From NCBI GenBank assembly GCA_002189035.1, contig NEEC01000395.1, forward strand, positions 1 through 14,759: a DNA stretch of 14,759 bases, read 5' to 3'. Source of the stretch: Utricularia gibba (taxonomy: Eukaryota > Plantae > Magnoliophyta). Position numbers and translations under genes: made by a program. This document shows positions 1 to 10,800 of the stretch, one piece after another. Below the pieces are notes generated by a model that was given only the letters and a program-made list of their open reading frames with translations, searched no databases and was not told where the DNA came from. Position 1 is the stretch's first letter, and the number at the start of each line of letters is the position of its first letter.

Positions 1-151
1 CCGAACGTTAATAAATGCATCAATTTTTTTGCCGGGCTACAAATGACTCTCCCGAGCTCGACTCGACCTCCTGCTCGATACCGTTGCCCACGAGAGTGCC
101 TTATCAAATATAAAGCATGCGGTTGAGAAAACCCTTTTGGGTGCTCATGAT

Positions 152-196
152 ATCCTAACTTCAATAACTGCATCACGATTTTCGTCGAGTAGGACC
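152..196. other. Invariant 45-bp core box of the monomer (first copy shown; present once per monomer)
   Basis: Seen in sequence. ATCCTAACTTCAATAACTGCATCACGATTTTCGTCGAGTAGGACC was read as identical in all 48 copies by eye. Function unknown. Confidence 0.85.
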
Positions 197-627
197 AGAT
201 TGGCAAAGGAGACAGACCGAACCTTGGGTCAGAACGAAGTTCACAACGACATCACCCGCCCAAAAACGACAAGCTTTTCCTTGAGAAAACCATTGAGGCA
301 GCCTATTAAAACCAACGTTAATAAATGCATCAAGTTTTTTGCCGAGCTACAAATGACTATGGGCCCGAGCTCGACTCGACCTCCTACTCGATACCGTTGC
401 CCCACGAGAGCACCTTATCAAATATAAAGCATGCGGTTGAGAAAACCATTTTGGGTGCTCATGAAATCCTAACTTCAATAACTGCATCACGATTTTCGTC
501 GAGTAGGACCCGATGTGGCAAAGGAGTCAGACCGAACCTATGGTCAGAACGAAGTTCCAAAAGACATCACCGCCCAGAAACGACAAGCTTTTCCTTGAGA
601 AACCATGTAGGCAGCCTATTAAAACCC

Positions 628-938
628 AACGTTAATAAATGCATCAATTTTTTGACAGGCTAAAATGACTCTGGAGCGAGCCCGACTCGACCTTTTGCCC
701 GATACCGTGCCCCACTAGAGCGCCTCCTCAACTACAAAGCATGCGATTGACAAAAGCATTTTGGGTGCTCATGAAATCCTAACTTCAATAACTGCATCAC
801 GATTTTCGTCGAGTAGGACCAGATTTGGCAAAGGAGACAGACCGAACCTTGGGTCAGAACGAAGTTCACAACGACATCACCCGCCCAAAAACGACAAGCT
901 TTTCCTTGAGAAAACCATTGAGGCAGCCTATTAAAACC
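628..938. repeat. Divergent A* monomer M3
   Basis: Seen in sequence. Variants GGAGCGAG, CCTTTTGCCCG, CCGTGCCCC, CACTAGAG, CAACTACAAAG and GCGATTGACAAAAGCATT are confined to ~651-760. The second half is an ordinary A. Confidence 0.9.
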
Positions 939-1560
939 AACGTTAATAAATGCATCAAGTTTTTTGCCGAGCTACAAATGACTATGGGCCCGAGCTCGAC
1001 TCGACCTCCTACTCGATACCGTTGCCCCACGAGAGCACCTTATCAAATATAAAGCATGCGGTTGAGAAAACCATTTTGGGTGCTCATGAAATCCTAACTT
1101 CAATAACTGCATCACGATTTTCGTCGAGTAGGACCCGATGTGGCAAAGGAGTCAGACCGAACCTTGGTCAGAACGAAGTTCCAAAAGACATCACCGCCCA
1201 GAAACGACAAGCTTTTCCTTGAGAAACCATGTAGGCAGCCTATTAAACCCAACGTTAATAAATGCATCAATTTTTTTGCCGGCTAAAAATGACTCTGGGA
1301 CCGAGCTCGACTCGACCTTTGCTCGATACCGTGCCCCACGAGAGCGCCTCCTCAAATATAAAGCATGCGTTGACAAAAGCATTTTGGGTGCTCATGAAAT
1401 CCTAACTTCAATAACTGCATCACGATTTTCGTCGAGTAGGACCGATTTGGCAAAGGAGACAGACCGAACCTTGGGTCAGAACGAAGTTCACAACGACATC
1501 ACCCGCCCAAAAACGACAAGCTTTTCCTTGAGAAAACCATTGAGGCAGCCTATTAAAACC

Positions 1561-1870
1561 AACGTTAATAAATGCATCAAGTTTTTTGCCGAGCTACAAA
1601 TGACTATGGGCCCGAGCTCGACTCGACCTCCTACTCGATACCGTTGCCCCACGAGAGCACCTTATCAAATATAAAGCATGCGGTTGAGAAAACCATTTTG
1701 GGTGCTCATGAAATCCTAACTTCAATAACTGCATCACGATTTTCGTCGAGTAGGACCAGATTGGCAAAGGAGACAGACCGAACCTTGGGTCAGAACGAAG
1801 TTCACAACGAAATCACCCGCCCAAAACGACAAGCTTTTCCTTGAGAAAACATGTAGGCCTATTAAAACCC
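1561..1870. repeat. Hybrid monomer M6: B-type 5' half joined to A-type 3' half
   Basis: Seen in sequence. The 5' half is CAAG/GCCGAG/GACTAT (B). The 3' half is GACCAGATTGG/GGAGACAG/GTTCACAAC/CCTATTAAAACCC (A). The next monomer, M7, again starts as B. Confidence 0.85.
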
Positions 1871-4800
1871 AACGTTAATAATGCATCAAGTTTTTTGCCG
1901 AGCTACAAATGACTATGGGCCCGAGCTCGACTCGACCTCCTGCTCGATACCGTTGCCCCACGAGAGCGCCTCCTCAAATATAAAGCATGCGGTTGAGAAA
2001 ACCATTTTGGGTGCTCATGAATCCTAACTTCAATAACTGCATCACGATTTTCGTCGAGTAGGACCCGATGTGGCAAAGGAGTCAGACGAACCTTGGTCCG
2101 AACGAAGTTCCCAACGACATCACCGCCAGAAACGACAAGCTTTTCCTTGAGAAACTATGTAGGCAGCCTAATAAGCCGAACGTTAATAAATGCATCAATT
2201 TTTGCCGGGCTACAAATGACTCTGGGCCCGAGCTCGACTCGACCTCCTGCTCGATACCGTTGCCCCACGAGAGCGTCAATATAAAGCATGCGGTTGAGAA
2301 AACCATTTTGGGTGCTCATGAAATCCTAACTTCAATAACTGCATCACGATTTTCGTCGAGTAGGACCGATGTGGCAAAGGAGTCAGACCGAACCTTGGGT
2401 CAGAACGAAGTTCACAACGACATCACCCCCAAAACGACAAGCTTTTCCTTGAGAAAACATGTAGGCGCCTATTAAAACCAACGTTAATTAATGCATCAAG
2501 TTTTTTGCCGAGCTACAAATGACTATGGGCCGAGCTCGACTCGACCTCCTGCGATACCGTTGCCCCACGAGAGCGCCTCCTCAAATATAAAGCATGCGGT
2601 TGAGAAAACCATTTTGGGTGCTCATGACATCCTAACTTCAATAACTGCATCACGATTTTCGTCGAGTAGGACCCGATGTGGCAAAGGAGTCAGACGAACC
2701 TTGGGTCAGAACGAAGTTCCCAACGACATCACCCGCCAGAAACGACAAGCTTTTCCTTGAGAAACTATGTAGGCAGCCTAATAAGCCGAACGTTAATAAA
2801 TGCATCAATTTTTTGCCGGGCTACAAATGACTCTGGGCCGAGCTCGACTCGACCTCCTGCTCGATACCGTTGCCCCACGAGAGCGCCTTATCAAATATAA
2901 AGCATGCGTTGAGAAAACCATTTTGGGTGCTCATGAAATCCTAACTTCAATAACTGCATCACGATTTTCGTCGAGTAGGACCAGATTTGGCAAAGGACAG
3001 ACCGAACCTTGGGTCAGAACGAAGTTCACAAGAATCACCCGCCCAAAACGACAAGCTTTTCCTTGAGAAAACAATGTAGGGCCTATTAAAACCCAACGTT
3101 AATTAATGCATCAAGTTTTTTGCCGAGCTACAAATGACTATGGGCCCGAGCTCGACTCGACCTCCTGCTCGATACCGTTGCCCCACGAGAGCGCCTCCTC
3201 AAATATAAAGCATGCGGTTGAGAAAACCATTTTGGGTGCTCATGACATCCTAACTTCAATAACTGCATCACGATTTTCGTCGAGTAGGACCCGATGTGGC
3301 AAAGGAGTCAGACAGAACCTTGGGTCCGAACGAAGTTCCCAACGACATCACCCGCCAGAAACGACAAGCTTTTCCTTGAGAAACTATGTAGGCAGCCTAA
3401 TAAAGCCGAACGTTAATAAATGCATCAATTTTTTGTCGGGCTACAAATGACTCTGGGCCCGAGCTCGACTCGACCTCCTGCTCGATACCGTTGCCCCACG
3501 AGAGCGCCTCCTCAAATATAAAGCATGCGGTTGAGAAAACCATTTTGGGTGCTCATGAAATCCTAACTTCAATAACTGCATCACGATTTTCGTCGAGTAG
3601 GACCCGATGGCAAAGGAGTCAGACCGAACTTGGGTCAGAACGAAGTTCACAACGAAATCACCCGCCCAAAAACGACAAGCTTTTCCTTGAGAAAACAATG
3701 TAGGCGCCTATTAAAACCAACGTTAATTAATGCATCAAGTTTTTTGCCGAGCTACAAATGACTATGGGCCCGAGCTCGACTCGACCTCCTGCTCGATACC
3801 GTTGCCCCACGAGAGCGCCTATCAAATATAAAGCATGCGGTTGAGAAAACCATTTTGGGTGCTCATGACATCCTAACTTCAATAACTGCATCACGATTTT
3901 CGTCGAGTAGGACCCGATGTGGCAAAGGAGTCAGACCGAACCTTGGTCAGAACGAAGTTCCCAACGACATCACCCGCCAGAAACGACAAGCTTTTCCTTG
4001 AGAAAACTATGTAGGCAGCCTAATAAACCGAACGTTAATAAATGCATCAATTTTTTGCCGGGCTACAAATGACTCTGGGACCGAGCTCGACTCGACCTCC
4101 TGCTCGATACCGTTGCCCCGAGAGCGCCTCCTCAATATAAAGCATGCGTTGAGAAAAGCATTTTGGGTGCTCATGAAATCCTAACTTCAATAACTGCATC
4201 ACGATTTTCGTCGAGTAGGACCAGATTTGGCAAAGGAGACAGACCGAACCTTGGGTCAGAACGAAGTTCACAACGACATCACCCGCCCAAAAACGACAAG
4301 CTTTTCCTTGAGAAAACCATGTAGGCAGCCTATTAAAACCAACGTTAATAAATGCATCAAGTTTTTTGCCGAGCTACAAATGACTATGGGCCCGAGCTCG
4401 ACTCGACCTCCTACTCGATACCGTTGCCCCACGAGAGCCCTTATCAAATATAAAGCATGCGGTTGAGAAAACCATTTTGGGTGCTCATGACATCCTAACT
4501 TCAATAACTGCATCACGATTTTCGTCGAGTAGGACCCGATGTGGCAAAGGAGTCAGACGAACCTTGGTCCGAACGAAGTTCCCAACGACATCACCCGCCA
4601 GAAACGACAAGCTTTTCCTTGAGAAACTATGTAGGCAGCCTAATAAAGCCAACGTTAATAAATGCATCAATTTTTTTGCCGGGCTACAAATGACTCTGGG
4701 CCGAGCTCGACTCGACCTCCTCTCGATACCGTTGCCCCACGAGAGCGCCTTATCAATATAAAGCATGCGGTTGAGAAAACCATTTTGGGTGCTCATGAAA

Positions 4801-7800
4801 TCCTAACTTCAATAACTGCATCACGATTTTCGTCGAGTAGGACCAGATTGGCAAAGGAGACAGACCGAACCTTGGGTCAGAACGAAGTTCACAACGAAAT
4901 CACCCGCCCAAAAACGACAAGCTTTTCCTTGAGAAAACAATGTAGGGTTCTATTAAAACCCAACGTTAATTAATGCATCAAGTTTTTTGCCGAGCTACAA
5001 ATGACTATGGCCCGAGCTCGACTCGACCTCCTGCTCGATACCGTTGCCCCACGAGAGCGCCTCCTCAAATATAAAGCATGCGGTTGAGAAAACCATTTTG
5101 GGTGCTCATGACATCCTAACTTCAATAACTGCATCACGATTTTCGTCGAGTAGGACCCGATGTGGCAAAGGAGTCAGACGAACCTTGGTCCGAACGAAGT
5201 TCCAACGACATCACCCGCCAGAAACGACAAGCTTTTCCTTGAGAAACTATGTAGGCAGCCTAATAAAGCCGAACGTTAATAAATGCATCAATTTTTTGCC
5301 GGGCTACAAATGACTCTGGGCCGAGCTCGACTCGACCTCTGCTCGATACCGTTGCCCCACGAGAGTGCCTTATCAAATATAAAGCATGCGGTTGAGAAAA
5401 CCATTTTGGGTGCTCATGAATCCTAACTTCAATAACTGCATCACGATTTTCGTCGAGTAGGACCAGATTTGGCAAAGGAGACAGACCGAACCTTGGGTCA
5501 GAACGAAGTTCACAACGAAATCACCCGCCCAAAACGACAAGCTTTTCCTTGAGAAAACAATGTAGGCCTATTAAAACCCAACGTTAATAAATGCATCAAG
5601 TTTTTTGCCGAGCTACAAATGACTATGGGCCCGAGCTCGACTCGACCTCCTGCTCGATACCGTTGCCCCACGAGAGCGCCTCCTCAAATATAAAGCATGC
5701 GGTTGAGAAAACCATTTTGGGTGCTCATGACATCCTAACTTCAATAACTGCATCACGATTTTCGTCGAGTAGGACCCGATGTGGCAAAGGAGTCAGACAG
5801 AACCTTGGGTCCGAACGAAGTTCCAACGACATCACCCGCCAGAAACGACAAGCTTTTCCTTGAGAAACTATGTAGGCAGCCTAATAAAGCCGAACGTTAA
5901 TAAATGCATCAATTTTTGCGGGCTACAAATGACTCTGGGCCCGAGCTCGACTCGACCTCCTGCTCGATACCGTTGCCCCACGAGAGCGCCTCCTCAAATA
6001 TAAAGCATGCGGTTGAGAAAACCATTTTGGGTGCTCATGAAATCCTAACTTCAATAACTGCATCACGATTTTCGTCGAGTAGGACCCGATGTGGCAAAGG
6101 AGTCAGACCGAACCTTGGGTCAGAACGAAGTTCACAACGACATCACCCGCCCAAAACGACAAGCTTTTCCTTGAGAAAACATGTAGGCAGCCTATTAAAA
6201 CCCAACGTTAATAAATGCATCAAGTTTTTTGCCGAGCTACAAATGACTATGGGCCCGAGCTCGACTCGACCTCCTGCTCGATACCGTTGCCCCACGAGAG
6301 CGCCTATCAAATATAAAGCATGCGGTTGAGAAAACCATTTTGGGTGCTCATGAATCCTAACTTCAATAACTGCATCACGATTTTCGTCGAGTAGGACCCG
6401 ATGTGGCAAAGGAGTCAGACCGAACCTTGGTCGAACGAAGTTCCCAACGACATCACCCGCCCAGAAACGACAAGCTTTTCCTTGAGAAACATGTAGGCAG
6501 CCTAATAAAACCAACGTTAATAAATGCATCAATTTTTTTGCCGGGCTACAAATGACTCTGGGACCGAGCTCGACTCGACCTCCTGCTCGATACCGTTGCC
6601 CCACGAGAGCGCCTCCTCAAATATAAAGCATGCGTTGAAAACCATTTTGGGTGCTCATGAAATCCTAACTTCAATAACTGCATCACGATTTTCGTCGAGT
6701 AGGACCAGATTTGGCAAAGGAGTCAGACCGAACCTTGGGTCAGAACGAAGTTCACAACGACATCACCCGCCCAAAAACGACAAGCTTTTCCTTGAGAAAA
6801 CCATGTAGGCAGCCTATTAAAACCAACGTTAATAAATGCATCAAGTTTTTTGCCGAGCTACAAATGACTATGGGCCCGAGCTCGACTCGACCTCCTACTC
6901 GATACCGTTGCCCCACGAGAGCCTTATCAAATATAAAGCATGCGGTTGAGAAAACCATTTTGGGTGCTCATGACATCCTAACTTCAATAACTGCATCACG
7001 ATTTTCGTCGAGTAGGACCCGATGTGGCAAAGGAGTCAGACCGAACCTTGGTCGAACGAAGTTCCCAACGACATCACCCGCCCAGAAACGACAAGCTTTT
7101 CCTTGAGAAACTATGTAGGCAGCCTAATAAAGCCAACGTTAATAAATGCATCAATTTTTTTGCCGGGCTACAAATGACTCTGGGCCCGAGCTCGACTCGA
7201 CCTCCTACTCGATACCGTTGCCCCACGAGAGCCTTATCAAATATAAAGCATGCGGTTGAGAAAACCATTTTGGGTGCTCATGAAATCCTAACTTCAATAA
7301 CTGCATCACGATTTTCGTCGAGTAGGACCTGGCAAAGGAGACAGACCGAACCTTGGTCAGAACGAAGTTCACAACGACATCACCCGCCAAAAACGACAAG
7401 CTTTTCCTTGAGAAAACAATGTAGGGCCTATTAAAACCCAACGTTAATTAATGCATCAAGTTTTTTGCCGAGCTACAAATGACTATGGGCCCGAGCTCGA
7501 CTCGACCTCCTGCTCGATACCGTTGCCCCACGAGAGCGCCTCCTCAAATATAAAGCATGCGGTTGAGAAAACCATTTTGGGTGCTCATGACATCCTAACT
7601 TCAATAACTGCATCACGATTTTCGTCGAGTAGGACCCGATGTGGCAAAGGAGTCAGACAGAACCTTGGTCCGAACGAAGTTCCCAACGACATCACCCGCA
7701 GAAACGACAAGCTTTTCCTTGAGAAACTATGTAGGCAGCCTAATAAAGCCGAACGTTAATAAATGCATCAATTTTTTGCCGGGCTACAAATGACTCTGGG

Positions 7801-10800
7801 CCCGAGCTCGACTCGACCTCCTGCTCGATACCGTTGCCCCACGAGAGCGCCTCCTCAAATATAAAGCATGCGGTTGAGAAAACCATTTTGGGTGCTCATG
7901 AAATCCTAACTTCAATAACTGCATCACGATTTTCGTCGAGTAGGACCCGATGTGGCAAAGAGTCAGACCGAACTTGGGTCAGAACGAAGTTTCAAACGAC
8001 ATCACCCGCCCAAAACGACAAGCTTTTCCTTGAGAAACATGTAGGCAGCCTATTAAACCCAACGTTAATAAATGCATCAATTTTTTGCCGAGCTACAAAT
8101 GACTATGGGCCCGAGCTCGACTCGACCTCCTGCTCGATACCGTTGCCCCACGAGAGCGCCTCCTCAAATATAAAGCATGCGGTTGAGAAAACCATTTTGG
8201 GTGCTCATGAATCCTAACTTCAATAACTGCATCACGATTTTCGTCGAGTAGGACCCGATGTGGCAAAGGAGTCAGACGAACCTTGGTCAGAACGAAGTTC
8301 CAACGACATCACCCGCCCAGAAACGACAAGCTTTTCCTTGAGAAACTATGTAGGCAGCCTAATAAAAGCCGAACGTTAATAAATGCATCAATTTTTGCCG
8401 GGCTACAAATGACTCTGGGCCGAGCTCGACTCGACCTCCTGCTCGATACCGTTGCCCCACGAGAGTGCCTTATCAAATATAAAGCATGCGGTTGAGAAAA
8501 CCATTTTGGGTGCTCATGAAATCCTAACTTCAATAACTGCATCACGATTTTCGTCGAGTAGGACCGATTTGGCAAAGGAGACAGACCGAACCTTGGGTCA
8601 GAACGAAGTTCACAACGACATCACCCGCCCAAAACGACAAGCTTTTCCTTGAGAAAAACATGTAGGCAGCCTATTAAAACCAACGTTAATTAATGCATCA
8701 AGTTTTTTGCCGAGCTACAAATGACTATGGGCCCGAGCTCGACTCGACCTCCTGCTCGATACCGTTGCCCCACGAGAGCGCCTCCTCAAATATAAAGCAT
8801 GCGGTTGAGAAAACATTTTGGGTGCTCATGAATCCTAACTTCAATAACTGCATCACGATTTTCGTCGAGTAGGACCCGATGTGGCAAAGGAGTCAGACGA
8901 ACCTTGGGTCGAACGAAGTTCCCAACGACATCACCCGCCAGAAACGACAAGCTTTTCCTTGAGAAACTATGTAGGCAGCCTAATAACCGAACGTTAATAA
9001 ATGCATCAATTTTTTGCCGGGCTACAAATGACTCTGGGCCCGAGCTCGACTCGACTCCTGCTCGATACCGTTGCCCCACGAGAGCGCCTCCTCAAATATA
9101 AAGCATGCGGTTGAGAAAACCATTTTGGGTGCTCATGAAATCCTAACTTCAATAACTGCATCACGATTTTCGTCGAGTAGGACCCGATGTGGCAAAGGAG
9201 TCAGACCGAACCTTGGGTCAGAACGAAGTTCACAACGAATCACCCGCCCAAAAACGACAAGCTTTTCCTTGAGAAAACAATGTAGGCGCCTATTAAAACC
9301 CAACGTTAATAAATGCATCAAGTTTTTTGCCGAGCTACAAATGACTATGGGCCCGAGCTCGACTCGACCTCCTGCTCGATACCGTTGCCCCACGAGAGCG
9401 CCTCCTCAAATATAAAGCATGCGGTTGAGAAAACCATTTTGGGTGCTCATGACATCCTAACTTCAATAACTGCATCACGATTTTCGTCGAGTAGGACCCG
9501 ATGTGGCAAAGGAGTCAGACGAACCTTGGGTCAGAACGAAGTTCCAACGACATCACCCGCCAGAAACGACAAGCTTTTCCTTGAGAAAACTATGTAGGCA
9601 GCCTAATAAAGCCGAACGTTAATAAATGCATCAATTTTTTGCCGGGCTACAAATGACTCTGGGACCGAGCTCGACTCGACCTCCTGCTCGATACCGTTGC
9701 CCCACGAGAGTGCCTTATCAAATATAAAGCATGCGGTTGAGAAAACCATTTTGGGTGCTCATGAAATCCTAACTTCAATAACTGCATCACGATTTTCGTC
9801 GAGTAGGACCGATTTGGCAAAGGAGACAGACCGAACCTTGGGTCAGAACGAAGTTCACAACGAACATCACCCGCCCAAAAACGACAAGCTTTTCCTTGAG
9901 AAACAATGTAGGTGCCTATTAAAACCCAACGTTAATAATGCATCAAGTTTTTTGCCGAGCTACAAATGACTATGGCCCGAGCTCGACTCGACCTCCTGCT
10001 CGATACCGTTGCCCCACGAGAGCGCCTCCTCAAATATAAAGCATGCGGTTGAGAAAACCATTTTGGGTGCTCATGACATCCTAACTTCAATAACTGCATC
10101 ACGATTTTCGTCGAGTAGGACCCGATGTGGCAAAGGAGTCAGACCGAACCTTGGTCCGAACGAAGTTCCAACGACATCACCGCCGCAGAAACGACAAGCT
10201 TTTCCTTGAGAAACTATGTAGGCAGCCTAATAAAGCCGAACGTTAATAAATGCATCAAATTTTTGCCGGGCTACAAATGACTCTGGGCCCGAGCTCGACT
10301 CGACCTCCTGCTCGATACCGTTGCCCCACGAGAGCGCCTATCAAATATAAAGCATGCGGTTGAGAAAACCATTTTGGGTGCTCATGAAATCCTAACTTCA
10401 ATAACTGCATCACGATTTTCGTCGAGTAGGACCCGATGTGGCAAAGGAGTCAGACCGAACCTTGGTCAGAACGAAGTTCACAACGACATCACCGCCAAAA
10501 CGACAAGCTTTTCCTTGAGAAACATGTAGGCGCCTATTAAAACCCAACGTTAATAAATGCATCAAGTTTTTTGCCGAGCTACAAATGACTATGGGCCCGA
10601 GCTCGACTCGACCTCCTGCTCGATACCGTTGCCCCACGAGAGCGCCTCCTCAAATATAAAGCATGCGGTTGAGAAAACCATTTTGGGTGCTCATGACATC
10701 CTAACTTCAATAACTGCATCACGATTTTCGTCGAGTAGGACCCGATGTGGCAAAGGAGTCAGACCGAACCTTGGTCAGAACGAAGTTCCCAACGACATCA

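Larger units (their letters stand above)
4..1870. repeat. Local block of three related A/B dimers (M1-M6) carrying private variants
   Basis: Seen in sequence. A monomers end in CCATTGAGG (M1, M3, M5). B 5' halves carry CTCCTACTC and GAGCACCTTATC (M2, M4, M6). M2 and M4 share CCAAAAGACATCACCGCCCAG. The ORF track shows the same peptide tail (...KPLRQPIKTNVNKCIKFFAELQMTMGPSSTRPPTRYRCPTRAPYQI) ending at 427, 1052 and 1674. Confidence 0.85.

Noticed and set aside
8-116. AATAAA and TATAAA motifs in each monomer as poly(A) signal or TATA box
   Set aside because: These are short AT-rich motifs with no associated gene or transcript evidence.
181-196. CENP-B box candidate (TTCG-containing motif in the core)
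   Set aside because: It does not fit TTCGnnnnAnnCGGG here, and the CCCG motifs I checked for the reverse strand do not fit either.
4-313. Several 6-bp palindromes per monomer (AACGTT, ATGCAT, GGGCCC, GAGCTC, GCATGC, TCATGA, AAGCTT)
   Set aside because: About 5 are expected by chance in 313 bp, so 7 is not a meaningful excess. No long inverted repeat or stable hairpin is evident.
1244-1250. Telomere-like TAAACCC / TTTTGGG motifs
   Set aside because: These are single degenerate 7-mers, not tandem. The exact TAAACCC arises from homopolymer shortening of TAAAACCC and is expected by chance.
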